NCBI GenBank assembly: GCA_963674785.1
Contig: OY771555.1
Location: forward strand, 864,001-928,000
Source of the DNA: Caldisericia bacterium
Lineage (GTDB): Bacteria > Caldisericota > Caldisericia > JAAYUI01
Direction: 5' to 3'
DNA length: 64,000 nucleotides
Both the position numbers and the translations under genes were made by a program. The notes beneath the pieces are model-generated. The model made no database searches and was not told where the DNA came from. It was given only the letters and a program-made list of their open reading frames with translations. Below are positions 33,825-42,567 of this stretch, piece after piece. Position 1 is the first letter of the stretch. The number at the start of each line of letters is the position of its first letter.

Positions 33825-34532
33825 ATGAGAAAAGAAGCCCCAGACACAGTTGCAGTAAAACTAGAAAACGTCACATTTGCACCAAATGGCAAGACTGTTC
33901 TTGATAACATAAATCTTGAGATAAAATCGGAGAGGATCTTCACGCTCATTGGTCGAACTGGTTCTGGAAAATCCACAGTTTTAAGGATGATAAACAGGCT
34001 TTCAGACCCTGATTCCGGTGATGTTTTTGTGAATGGAAAAAATATCAAAAAGTGGGATGTCAGGATGCTTCGAAGGGTTGCCAGTTTGATTCCTCAGTCA
34101 TACTCTCTTCCAAACATTGAAATCTCTGAGATTTTAAAATACGCCTGCCAAATTCTGTGCATCAAATATGATGAGGAACAGATGATAAAGATGCTTTCAG
34201 ATGTCGAGCTTCCAGCTGAAGTCTTATTAAAAAAATCTGGAAATCTTTCCGGTGGTGAAAGGCAGCGTGTTGCGATTTGCAGGACTTTACTTGCAGACCC
34301 AAAGATTCTTCTTGCAGATGAACCAACCGCAAACCTCGACCCTGCATCTGCCCTCATGGTTGCTAAGCTTCTTCATGATTTTTCACATGATGGAAAAACC
34401 GTTGTGTGGGTGACACACGACCCAATCCTTGCCTCAAAATTTACTGACTCTGGAGTGTTGCTTGCTGCTGGGAAGATTGTGGCAGAAGGGGATTTGAAGG
34501 AGCTTGCTGAGAGGGAGGAGTATCGGAGATAA
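33825..34532 (+). CDS. ABC transporter ATP-binding protein (FetA/YbbL-like)
   Basis: GRTGSGKS, LSGGERQR, LLADEPT and VTHD motifs. Confidence 0.85.
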   Translation: MRKEAPDTVAVKLENVTFAPNGKTVLDNINLEIKSERIFTLIGRTGSGKSTVLRMINRLSDPDSGDVFVNGKNIKKWDVRMLRRVASLIPQSYSLPNIEISEILKYACQILCIKYDEEQMIKMLSDVELPAEVLLKKSGNLSGGERQRVAICRTLLADPKILLADEPTANLDPASALMVAKLLHDFSHDGKTVVWVTHDPILASKFTDSGVLLAAGKIVAEGDLKELAEREEYRR

Positions 34533-34542
34533 GCCTTTCTTT

Positions 34543-34734
34543 TTATGTTCCAGGTGAATCCTTTTTCTTCAGAGAATCTCCTAAATTACTGCACTTAGTG
34601 TAAATTGATGGCAAAGACCTCCCGAGCTTCTCGGCGATTTGTCTTGTAGTTTTTTGCTGTTTGCGCATTTTTTCTAGTTTATTCAGCTCTTTTTCTGTCC
34701 ATCGCTTGTTGCTATTCTTTGGTTTACTTGTTAT
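34543..34734 (-). CDS. Small HTH/Myb-like protein (63 aa) with ATA start, or pseudogene
   Basis: GGAG RBS then ATA; ITSKPKNSNKRWTEKELNKLEKMRKQQKTTRQIAEKLGRSLPSIYTKCSNLG..; not in the ORF track. Confidence 0.55.
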   Translation of the reverse strand: MTSKPKNSNKRWTEKELNKLEKMRKQQKTTRQIAEKLGRSLPSIYTKCSNLGDSLKKKDSPGT

Positions 34735-34878
34735 TCAGCTCTCCAGTGAAGAAGTGTAAGTGAGCTGTTAACAAAGTCAAATTTAAGACTATCATAAAAC
34801 GACATTTTATCTGGAAAAGCAGCAAATTATTGTCGTTTTTTGAGGTATAATCATGTTAGTCAATCGAAGGAGGAGATC

Positions 34879-35043
34879 ATGCCAAAAACAACACCATGGT
34901 ACTCGAAAAAAACGAAGAATGTTCACCATAACAATTCAAAATGTGAGGTGGGCAACAATATTGAGCCGGAAAATAGGGCGACGGGAACAGGTGGATTACC
35001 TTTGTGTAGCAGATGCAAAGAGTTGAACGCCCAGGGGAAATAG
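34879..35043 (+). CDS. 54-aa His/Cys microprotein
   Basis: Strong AGGAGG RBS; MPKTTPWYSKKTKNVHHNNSKCEVGNNIE..GTGGLPLCSRC; hairpin downstream. Confidence 0.7.
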   Translation: MPKTTPWYSKKTKNVHHNNSKCEVGNNIEPENRATGTGGLPLCSRCKELNAQGK

Positions 35044-35198
35044 TCTTTCTGAAAATGACCCCTCTTTCCTTGCGAAAGGAGGAGTTATTCTCATGCTTTC
35101 AAATTAATCCCGACTTGATCATAAATCCAAGGCTTGACACCCAACCCCCACCAACACAAAATATCACCCATGAATAGCACACAGAAAAGAGCCTGCAG

Positions 35199-35984
35199 AT
35201 GAACACCGATTACATTGACCTCTCATATCTGAACCTTGCGTTGACGTTGCTTTTTGTTTCTGTGGCGATCATTTTTTCTGTTGTTGAAAAACTCAAAGAA
35301 GAGCTGAACATCATCATTGCAACGGTAAGGACTGCTGCACAATTGCTTGCTGTTGGGTTTATCCTTGGGTATATTTTCTATTCAAAAATCTGGTGGGTTG
35401 TCATGGGAACACTTGTCATCATGAACATCTTTGCTGGATTTGATGCGGCAAGAAAAATTGGGAATTTCAAATCATTTTGGATTGTAACACTCACAATCAC
35501 GACAACCGCAACAATCACTTTGTCGGTTTTGATATTTCTTGTGATAAGACCCACCCCTTGGTTTGAACCAGCATACATGATAGCGCTTGGCGGAATGGTG
35601 CTTGGTAACACCATGAACGCTTGCTCGATATTCCTTGGACACATGAAAGAAGACCTTGTAAACAGAAAGAGTGAAGTTGAGGGGTTGCTTGCAATCGGAG
35701 CAACCGCAAGGCAGGCTGGGATAATGAGCATCAGAACAGCACTCAAACAAGCAATCACACCGGTCATGAATTCTATGATGGTTGTGGGAATTGTGTTTTT
35801 ACCAGGGATGATGGTTGGACAACTGAGTGTTCAGGGGATTCTCCCGCTTCAGGCTGCAAAATATCAAATAATGGTGATGTATATGCTTCTTGGTGCGACC
35901 TCAATTTCTGTCTGGGTTTTATCATATTTTGGTGTGAGACTTTTTTTCAATGACAGATTGCAGCTGGTTATCCCAGAGAAGTAA
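35199..35984 (+). CDS. fetB: UPF0014 / FetB-like ABC permease
   Basis: RTAAQLLAVG, GGMVLGNTMN, VGIVFLPGMMVGQ and AAKYQI motifs. Confidence 0.8.
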   Translation: MNTDYIDLSYLNLALTLLFVSVAIIFSVVEKLKEELNIIIATVRTAAQLLAVGFILGYIFYSKIWWVVMGTLVIMNIFAGFDAARKIGNFKSFWIVTLTITTTATITLSVLIFLVIRPTPWFEPAYMIALGGMVLGNTMNACSIFLGHMKEDLVNRKSEVEGLLAIGATARQAGIMSIRTALKQAITPVMNSMMVVGIVFLPGMMVGQLSVQGILPLQAAKYQIMVMYMLLGATSISVWVLSYFGVRLFFNDRLQLVIPEK

Positions 35985-36078
35985 AAAATACCCATTCTTT
36001 ACATTCCGCAAATTTGGGAATAATCTTAGATCAAATGAAGCTAAAAAAGGTAGTGTCCCATCGGGAGGAACATAGAAA

Positions 36079-39000
36079 ATGAGTGTGCCAGAAAAAATCC
36101 ACGAGCTTGTTGAAAGATTCCATAACCATATCGATGAATACAAAAACAAAGACTACAAAGAAGCTGTTCTCTGCACAGATTTTCTAAACCCGATGTTTGA
36201 ATCCCTTGGGTGGGATGTTGACAACAAAGCAGGATATGCCGAAAGATTCAGAGATGTTGTTCAGCAATACAGTCAACATTCAGATACAGGCGGGACAAAA
36301 CAACCAGACTATCTTTTCAGAATAGGCGGAGCTCCAGCTTTTTTCCTGGAAGCAAAGAAGCCAGCGGTTGATATTTTGAATGATAAAAAACCGGCCTATC
36401 AACTCAGACGTTACGGCTGGAACAGAAAAGACATTGATGTTTCGGTGCTTTCGGACTTTGAAAATCTCTGTCTTTATGATGTTAGGATTCAACCAAAGGA
36501 AATTGACCATCCATATGCCGCAAGACTCGTGATGTATGGCTATCAGGATTACATCAAAAAATGGGATGAGATTGAAGGCTATCTAGGGCGTGAAAATGTA
36601 TCAAAAGGTTCACTTGATAGAATGCTCAAAGACTTTGGTCACATGGTCAAAGGAACAAGAGAACCAGTTGATGAATCACTTCTCAAAATGATAGAGGTCT
36701 GGAGAGAAAAGCTGGCAAAAAACATTGCCCTTCGCAATGAACTTGATATTCATCTTCTAAACAGTGCCGTACAGAAAACTATCGACAGGATATTGTTTTT
36801 AAGGATTGCCGAAGACAGAGGCATCGAACCCATCAAAACTCTTCAGGCTGCAACAAATGGAGCAAATGTATATAACCGTTTGTTTGACTTGTTCAAAAAA
36901 GCAGACATCAGATACAACTCGGGATTATTCCATTTCAGCCCCGAAAAAGGAAGACCAGAGGAATACGACAGTTTTACAGCAGGGCTGAAAATTGATGATA
37001 AGATTCTCAAAGAAATTGTCGGTAATCTCTATCCCCCAAACTATCCTTTTGATTTTTCGGTATTGCCTGTTGATATTTTGGGTCATGTCTATGAAAAATT
37101 CCTTGGTAAGGTCATCAGTCTGACAGACTCACACAAAGCAAAGGTTGAAGAAAAACCAGAGGTCAGAAAAGCAGGTGGTGTCTATTATACTCCAAAATAT
37201 ATTGTTGATTATATTGTCAGCAACACTGTTGGAAAACTTGTTGAGGACAAAAAACCGGAACAGGTTGCGAAGCTGAAGATTCTTGACCCTGCCTGTGGTT
37301 CCGGGTCATTTTTGCTTGGAGCTTACCAGTTTCTGCTCGACTGGCATCTTGACTGGTATATGGGCAATGATCCTGAAAAACACGCAAAGAAAAAGAATCC
37401 GCCAATCTTTGAAGTAAAAAACGGCTGGAAATTGACAACAGAAAAAAGAAAAGAAATCCTTCTCAACAATATCTATGGTGTAGACATCGATACCCAGGCT
37501 GTAGAGGTTGCAAAGCTCAACCTGCTTTTAAAGGTGCTTGAGCAGGAGAATACTCCGGGTCTTTTTGAGCGCACAAGAAGGGCGCTTCCCGATCTTGGAA
37601 AAAACATCAAGTGCGGGAACAGCCTCATTGAGAATGACTTTTATGATGACCATCCCGACATGATTTGTGATATTGAAGCCAGCAGGAAGATAAATGCTTT
37701 TGACTGGGACAGGGAGTTTCCGGAGATTATCAAGTGGAAAGACTCTACCCTTCCTGAACCCCCCCTACCCCCCCTGAAAGGGGGGGCTGAATTGGATAGC
37801 CCCCCTCTTCGAGGGGGGAAGGGAAGCGAAGCTTCCCAGGGGGGTTTAAGATATTTAGACAAAAACTATCTAGACCAAAGGCTTAAGCAATTCAATTTTG
37901 TATACAATGGCAAACACCTCCCATACAGGGATGACCTTAAAGAGCTAGCAAGAGACCTTCGCAAAAATCAAACAAAAGCAGAGAAAAAACTCTGGTATGA
38001 ATACCTGTCAAAATCTGAATTCAAGTTCAAAAGGCAACACCCAATTGACAACTTCATTGTCGATTTTTATTCATCAAAACTTGGTCTTGTAATCGAGATT
38101 GATGGTGACTCTCATCATGAAGATGAGCAATATAAGCTGGATGCGAAGAGAACATATATCCTTGAAAACTATGGTTTGAAGGTTATCAGGTTTAGCAATG
38201 AGCAGGTGTTGAATGAGTTTGAAGGTGTTTGTGAAGTGATTGGAAATGAAACCCTCCCTGACTCACTCCGTGAGTCTTCCCTCCCTGAAAGGGAGGGCAA
38301 TAGCCCCTTCCCTCAAGAAGGGTCGGAGAAGCCCCCCTCTTCGAGGGGGGAAGATTTGACGAAGTCAAATCAGGGGGGTTCAAAAGTTCGCCAGCTTGAA
38401 AAGGGATATGGTTTTGATGCCGTGATTGGCAATCCGCCTTATATCAGAATTCAAACTATAAGGGAGTGGAATCCGCTTTCAGTTGATTATTACAAAGAAA
38501 ACTATAAAAGTGCAGGAAAAGGCAACTATGACATCTATGTTGTGTTTGTCGAAAGAGGGTTTGAATTCCTGAACAAAGAAGGTAGATTGGGATATATTCT
38601 TCCTCATAAATTCTTCAACTCTAAGTATGGTGAATCTTTAAGAGAGGTTGTATCATTAGGTAATCATCTCAGTAATGTTGTTCATTTTGGTGATGAACAA
38701 ATATTTGATGGTGCAACAACCTATACCTGTTTGATGTTTCTTGATAAAAAGCCGGTGAAAAATCTTGACTTCACAAAAGTAACTAATATTTCAGAGTGGA
38801 GAAACAGTGGAATTGCAGAAACTGGTCTGATCAACTCAGAAAAAATTACATCATCAGAGTGGAATTTTGTTGTCGGAAAAGGTGCAAAACTTTTCGAGAA
38901 ACTTGATACCATGTCTGTGAAGTTGGGAGATGTTTCAAAGATTTTTGTAGGATTACAGACAAGTGCAGATAAAGTGTTTGTTTTGAATAACATCAAGAAG

Positions 39001-39798
39001 GTTAATGACAAAGTCGTTGGGTTCTCAAAAGCCATAGATAGTGATGTTGAGATTGAAAAAGGAATCTTAAAAAAACTACATATGGGTCAAGATATTGGTA
39101 GGTTTTCAAGTACATCATCAAAGATGATTATCTATCCATATAAGATTGAGAATGGAAAGCCAGTCTTGTATTCATCTGATGAGATAAAAGATAGGTTTCC
39201 AAAATGCTGGAAATATCTCAATAAATGCAGTCAATTCCTTAAAGATAGAGAAGGAGGTAAATGGAATATTGAGGAGTGGTGGCAATACGGAAGAAATCAA
39301 AACATTGCTGAGATGGGAACAGAAAAGATAATTCTTCAGGTTTTATCAAAGTACGGATCGTATGATTATGATCCAGATGCAAGCTGTGCAATTGTTGGCG
39401 GCGGAAATGCTGGAGGGTATGGTATATCGCTTACAAAAGGTGGAATCGGATACTTGTACCTTCTAGGATTATTGAATTCAAAGGTTTTGAATTATTTTGT
39501 TAGACAAGTATCAACAACATTTAGAGGAGGGTTCTATTCTTATGCGAAAAGATTTATAGAAAAACTCCCTATCAATACCCCCAAAGACAAAGCAAAACAT
39601 GACAAAATGGTGCTGCTCGTAGAAACCATGCTGGAGCTGAACAAACAGCTCGCGCAGTCACAGTCAGCACACGACAAAAAGCTCATCAAAAGGCGGATTG
39701 AAGATACAGACAGCAAAATTGATATGCTTGTTTATGACCTCTACGACCTGACTCCAGAGGAAATCAAAATAGTCGAAGACTCCATGAGAGGTAGCTAA
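36079..39798 (+). CDS. Type IIG (Eco57I/TaqI-C-like) restriction-modification fusion enzyme with internal DUF559 insertion
   Basis: N-terminal PDY..FLEAKK nuclease; GVYYTP, ILDPACGSGSFL and GNPPY N6-MTase motifs; TRD; C-terminal IDMLVYDLYDLTPEEI. Confidence 0.9.
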   Translation: MSVPEKIHELVERFHNHIDEYKNKDYKEAVLCTDFLNPMFESLGWDVDNKAGYAERFRDVVQQYSQHSDTGGTKQPDYLFRIGGAPAFFLEAKKPAVDILNDKKPAYQLRRYGWNRKDIDVSVLSDFENLCLYDVRIQPKEIDHPYAARLVMYGYQDYIKKWDEIEGYLGRENVSKGSLDRMLKDFGHMVKGTREPVDESLLKMIEVWREKLAKNIALRNELDIHLLNSAVQKTIDRILFLRIAEDRGIEPIKTLQAATNGANVYNRLFDLFKKADIRYNSGLFHFSPEKGRPEEYDSFTAGLKIDDKILKEIVGNLYPPNYPFDFSVLPVDILGHVYEKFLGKVISLTDSHKAKVEEKPEVRKAGGVYYTPKYIVDYIVSNTVGKLVEDKKPEQVAKLKILDPACGSGSFLLGAYQFLLDWHLDWYMGNDPEKHAKKKNPPIFEVKNGWKLTTEKRKEILLNNIYGVDIDTQAVEVAKLNLLLKVLEQENTPGLFERTRRALPDLGKNIKCGNSLIENDFYDDHPDMICDIEASRKINAFDWDREFPEIIKWKDSTLPEPPLPPLKGGAELDSPPLRGGKGSEASQGGLRYLDKNYLDQRLKQFNFVYNGKHLPYRDDLKELARDLRKNQTKAEKKLWYEYLSKSEFKFKRQHPIDNFIVDFYSSKLGLVIEIDGDSHHEDEQYKLDAKRTYILENYGLKVIRFSNEQVLNEFEGVCEVIGNETLPDSLRESSLPEREGNSPFPQEGSEKPPSSRGEDLTKSNQGGSKVRQLEKGYGFDAVIGNPPYIRIQTIREWNPLSVDYYKENYKSAGKGNYDIYVVFVERGFEFLNKEGRLGYILPHKFFNSKYGESLREVVSLGNHLSNVVHFGDEQIFDGATTYTCLMFLDKKPVKNLDFTKVTNISEWRNSGIAETGLINSEKITSSEWNFVVGKGAKLFEKLDTMSVKLGDVSKIFVGLQTSADKVFVLNNIKKVNDKVVGFSKAIDSDVEIEKGILKKLHMGQDIGRFSSTSSKMIIYPYKIENGKPVLYSSDEIKDRFPKCWKYLNKCSQFLKDREGGKWNIEEWWQYGRNQNIAEMGTEKIILQVLSKYGSYDYDPDASCAIVGGGNAGGYGISLTKGGIGYLYLLGLLNSKVLNYFVRQVSTTFRGGFYSYAKRFIEKLPINTPKDKAKHDKMVLLVETMLELNKQLAQSQSAHDKKLIKRRIEDTDSKIDMLVYDLYDLTPEEIKIVEDSMRGS
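37747..38385 (+). mobile_element. In-frame insertion: DUF559 (Vsr-like) nuclease flanked by double-hairpin repeats
   Basis: ARDLRKNQTKAEKKLW..FKRQHPIDNFIVDFY..IEIDGDSH..D.KRT..LE..G.KVIRFSN at ~37915-38241; GC-rich hairpin repeats at 37757-37846 and 38250-38380. Confidence 0.75.
39730..39782 (+). repeat. 53-bp direct repeat, copy 1 (3' end of RM gene)
   Basis: Identical to 40665-40717: GTTTATGACCTCTACGACCTGACTCCAGAGGAAATCAAAATAGTCGAAGACTC. Confidence 0.95.
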
Positions 39799-40499
39799 TG
39801 GTACCTCATAGCAAGCACTATATTTACACTGATGAGAGCTATATCAAAGATGGAAGATATATGCTGATTGGTGGCTTGTGGATTGCAAAAGAAAATATCA
39901 TAGAAACAAAGACTTTTGTTGATGTATTCAAAACTGAAAACAGTATGACAAATGAGTTGAAATGGACAAAGGTTTCAAATGGCAGAATAATTGAATACAA
40001 GAGATTTGTTGATATTTTTTTCCAGTCAAAGATGAAATTCAATTGTATTGTTGTTGATAAACACATTGTTGATCACACAACCTTTAATGATGGTGACAAA
40101 GAACTGGGATTCTATAAGTTTTACTATCAACTGATATCGAGAAACTGTGCTTTTAATTGTCATTATAACCTATACCTTGATCAAATGAACAATAAAAAGA
40201 AATCTAGATACTCTGAGTTGAAAGAAAGACTAAACAGATACTTGGTTTCTCAGAACTCAAAATGCATACATATCGAACCTGTTGACTCGAAAAAGGAATC
40301 GATGATTCAGCTTGTGGATGTTTTGTTGGGTGCTGTTGGCTATTCGTGGAACTTGAATAATTCTAGCCCTGCAAAACTTAGATTGATTGAGTATATTCAG
40401 TCAAAACTAGGGAGAAGACTTACTCACCCAACATCATTACACGAAAACAAGTTTAATATTTGGAATTTTAGGCTAAGAAAAACGCGTCCTGGTTCCTAG
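39798..40499 (+). CDS. DUF3800 domain protein
   Basis: N-terminal YTDES, ELKW, and VDSK..IQLVD (QxxD); TAATG translational coupling to the RM gene. Confidence 0.85.
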   Translation: MVPHSKHYIYTDESYIKDGRYMLIGGLWIAKENIIETKTFVDVFKTENSMTNELKWTKVSNGRIIEYKRFVDIFFQSKMKFNCIVVDKHIVDHTTFNDGDKELGFYKFYYQLISRNCAFNCHYNLYLDQMNNKKKSRYSELKERLNRYLVSQNSKCIHIEPVDSKKESMIQLVDVLLGAVGYSWNLNNSSPAKLRLIEYIQSKLGRRLTHPTSLHENKFNIWNFRLRKTRPGS

Positions 40500-40560
40500 C
40501 TCCAACCCTTATGGGCGGCTAATCCTACGCTTGGTAGGGGTTTCGGTGACCAGTGACGCT
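40478..40560 (-). ncRNA. Structured ~85-nt RNA convergent on the DUF3800 gene (DUF3800-associated RNA motif candidate)
   Basis: Minus-strand TTGACA (40595-40590)-18-TAATAT (40571-40566) promoter; GCGUC-A-CUGGU/ACCAG-GACGC closing stem, two internal hairpins, 3' U-tract. Confidence 0.65.
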
Positions 40561-40602
40561 TACCTATATTATCGTACAAAAACTGATTTTGTCAACCACT
40601 TC

Positions 40603-40727
40603 ATGAAAAAGAAGGGTCTTATCAAAAGACAGATAGAAAACACCGACAAAAAATTGATGAGCTGGTTTATGACCTCTACGACCTGACTCCAGAGGAAATC
40701 AAAATAGTCGAAGACTCAATGAAATAA
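40603..40727 (+). pseudogene. Orphan, frameshifted copy of the RM gene C-terminus
   Basis: MKKKGLIKRQIENTDKK / IDELVYDLYDLTPEEIKIVEDSMK*, with a 1-nt loss in an A-run; contains repeat copy 2 (40665-40717). Confidence 0.75.
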
Positions 40728-40774
40728 CCCTCCCTGGCATCTCCGATGCCTTCCCTCCCTGAAAGGGAGGGCAA
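40726..40774 (+). repeat. Solo copy of the DUF559-flanking double-hairpin repeat
   Basis: AACCCTCCCTG-GCATC-TCC-GATGC-CTTCCCTCCCTGAAAGGGAGGGCAA, compare 38250-38300. Confidence 0.85.
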
Positions 40775-40782
40775 AACTCCTT

Positions 40783-40967
40783 CGTTATGCCGGGCTCCGA
40801 TTGGGCATCCTACCTTTTCGTCATTCCGGGCTTGACCCGGAATCCAGGGTTAGGCTTGGTAAAGTGATAATAAAATGAGTAATTTCTAGTATCAGTAAAG
40901 GTGATTTCTCCAAATCAAATAAATGTGATTTTCTGTGTCCTGGATTCCCGCCTGCGCGGGAATGTCG
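40783..40967. repeat. Cluster of CGTC-tagged/dRS3-like palindromic repeats
   Basis: CGTCATTCCGGGCTTGACCCGGAATCCAGG (40819-40848); inverted copy with ATTCCC-N8-GGGAAT (40944-40963); degenerate copy at 40783-40810. Confidence 0.8.
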
Positions 40968-41055
40968 TTTGGGGATGTTGGGAACGATATGGTTTGACAC
41001 TACTCCGGATAAGATATTCTTTTAATTTATCCATGTGTACGTATACTGAAATTTA

Positions 41056-41616
41056 GTGAAGCCAGAAAGAGTTGTCGAAATTGCAGTCCAAGTTTCCATG
41101 GGCAATAATGATTCCTTTGCAGAAATTGTGGAGGAGTATCAGGATTTTGTCTACAACTTCTCCCTGCGATTGACGGGAAATCGTGAGTGGGCTTGGGATT
41201 TGACATCTGATGTTTTCATGAGGGTGCTTGCAAAACTTGATAAATATAGCCCCGAGTATCCTTTCAAGTCTTGGATTGGAAGGGTGACATATACCCTTGG
41301 ATTAAACTTCATCAGGAAAAACAAAAGATCGGTTCAACTAGAGTCCCTTGGTGGAGAGATCAATTTTGAGGTGCCTGACAAGTCTGAAACTCCCGACATA
41401 GAGACAGATAGGCGAATGACTGTTGAACAGGTCAATCAGGCCATTCACGAACTAAAACCTGATTTCAAGGCAATTATTAATATTTGTGATATCGAAGAGA
41501 TGAGCTACAAGGAGGCAGCCGATATTCTGAAAATCCCTCTGGGGACAGTGAGATCTAGACTTTTCAGAGCAAGGGCTGAACTGAAAGAAATTCTTAACGG
41601 AACAAAAAAGGATTAG
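41056..41616 (+). CDS. ECF RNA polymerase sigma factor (SigW/RpoE-like)
   Basis: AWDLTSDVF, FKSWI and SYKEAADILKIPLGTVRSRLFRAR motifs. Confidence 0.92.
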   Translation: MKPERVVEIAVQVSMGNNDSFAEIVEEYQDFVYNFSLRLTGNREWAWDLTSDVFMRVLAKLDKYSPEYPFKSWIGRVTYTLGLNFIRKNKRSVQLESLGGEINFEVPDKSETPDIETDRRMTVEQVNQAIHELKPDFKAIINICDIEEMSYKEAADILKIPLGTVRSRLFRARAELKEILNGTKKD

Positions 41617-41622
41617 GCTGGT

Positions 41623-42372
41623 ATGGAAGGTAACATGAGGCAGTTTAATGACGAAAATCTAAAAAACATGCTACGCGGCATGGGCGCAAAGGCACCAGAC
41701 GGACTGAAAAGTTCGATCATGCAGAGGGTCATGGTCTACAAGCCAAGAAGATCACCAATTTTTTGGTTGATGCCGGCTACTGGTGTTTTAGGACTCGCTC
41801 TTGTTTTGGTAATTTCAATGGGTGTTTTTAGTAGCAGTGGTAGTAATGGTGTTCCTGTTGCCTCAAATGATAACATACCAGCTGCAGAGATTCTGACGAT
41901 GGATACTAGTGGTGGGGAGGAATCCGGAATCTTTGCAGCTAGAGCCGCTTTACCAGACGAAGAGGACACATCTGCTGGTAATGGAATGGAGCTTGCTGAA
42001 TCAGAGCCTTCCACTCTTGGGGCAAAAGCTGTTTATGCAAGGGAAGAGGTTCCAATTGGTGGTGTCGTTGCTACCTCTCCAAGTGGCTACTCAACTGTAA
42101 ATCTATCAACAAAAATTCAAAATAGTCAGAGCCAGACTGTTATGCTTCTCAGTGGTCTTCATGATAATGATCATTGGAAGGGAATCTTAACAGAACTAGA
42201 TAAAATCAGTGACCCATTTATCAGAACAGATAACTATGGAAACTTCATGGTCGATGTTGGAATCTTTGAGGAATCAATAGAAATATTTGACGAAAAGGTT
42301 TCTTCTCAGCTTTGTTACCCAGAGGATGCTGATCAGGGTTCAGTTCTTTTCAGGGTTCAAGTATACAAATAA
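41623..42372 (+). CDS. Probable membrane anti-sigma factor
   Basis: Directly downstream of the ECF sigma; APDGLKSSIM motif, single TM, extracytoplasmic tail. Confidence 0.6.
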   Translation: MEGNMRQFNDENLKNMLRGMGAKAPDGLKSSIMQRVMVYKPRRSPIFWLMPATGVLGLALVLVISMGVFSSSGSNGVPVASNDNIPAAEILTMDTSGGEESGIFAARAALPDEEDTSAGNGMELAESEPSTLGAKAVYAREEVPIGGVVATSPSGYSTVNLSTKIQNSQSQTVMLLSGLHDNDHWKGILTELDKISDPFIRTDNYGNFMVDVGIFEESIEIFDEKVSSQLCYPEDADQGSVLFRVQVYK

Positions 42373-42495
42373 AAAAAACCGAAAGAATTTTCCTTTTTTT
42401 GATTTGTTCAATCGTATCTTTGTTTATGAGTGTTTATTTGACTTGCTGACATACTAATACTAAAATCCTTTGGTTGGGTGGATAATCACCCTAAA

Positions 42496-42557
42496 TACGC
42501 ACACCGCATGTATTCCTTCGGTGAGGGTCTAAAAGATGCGGTGGAGGTGAAAACCGA
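42496..42557 (+). promoter_or_regulatory. rpsB (S2) leader RNA
   Basis: CACACCGCAT..ATGCGGTGGAGG..AAACC stem upstream of rpsB, downstream of a TTGACT-17-TAAAAT promoter. Confidence 0.6.
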
Positions 42558-42567
42558 GAGGAGAAAT

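Noticed and set aside
37747-38385. Intein or self-splicing intron explanation for the RM insertion
   Set aside because: No N-terminal Cys/Ser block or C-terminal His-Asn followed by Cys/Ser/Thr at the boundaries, no recognisable group I/II core, and the frame is open throughout.
40478-40560. Hammerhead ribozyme or tRNA
   Set aside because: It is a three-way junction with GAAA but has no CUGANGA core, no TTCRA loop and no cloverleaf.
40726-40967. CRISPR array
   Set aside because: The palindromes are heterogeneous, irregularly spaced and in mixed orientation; no cas genes.
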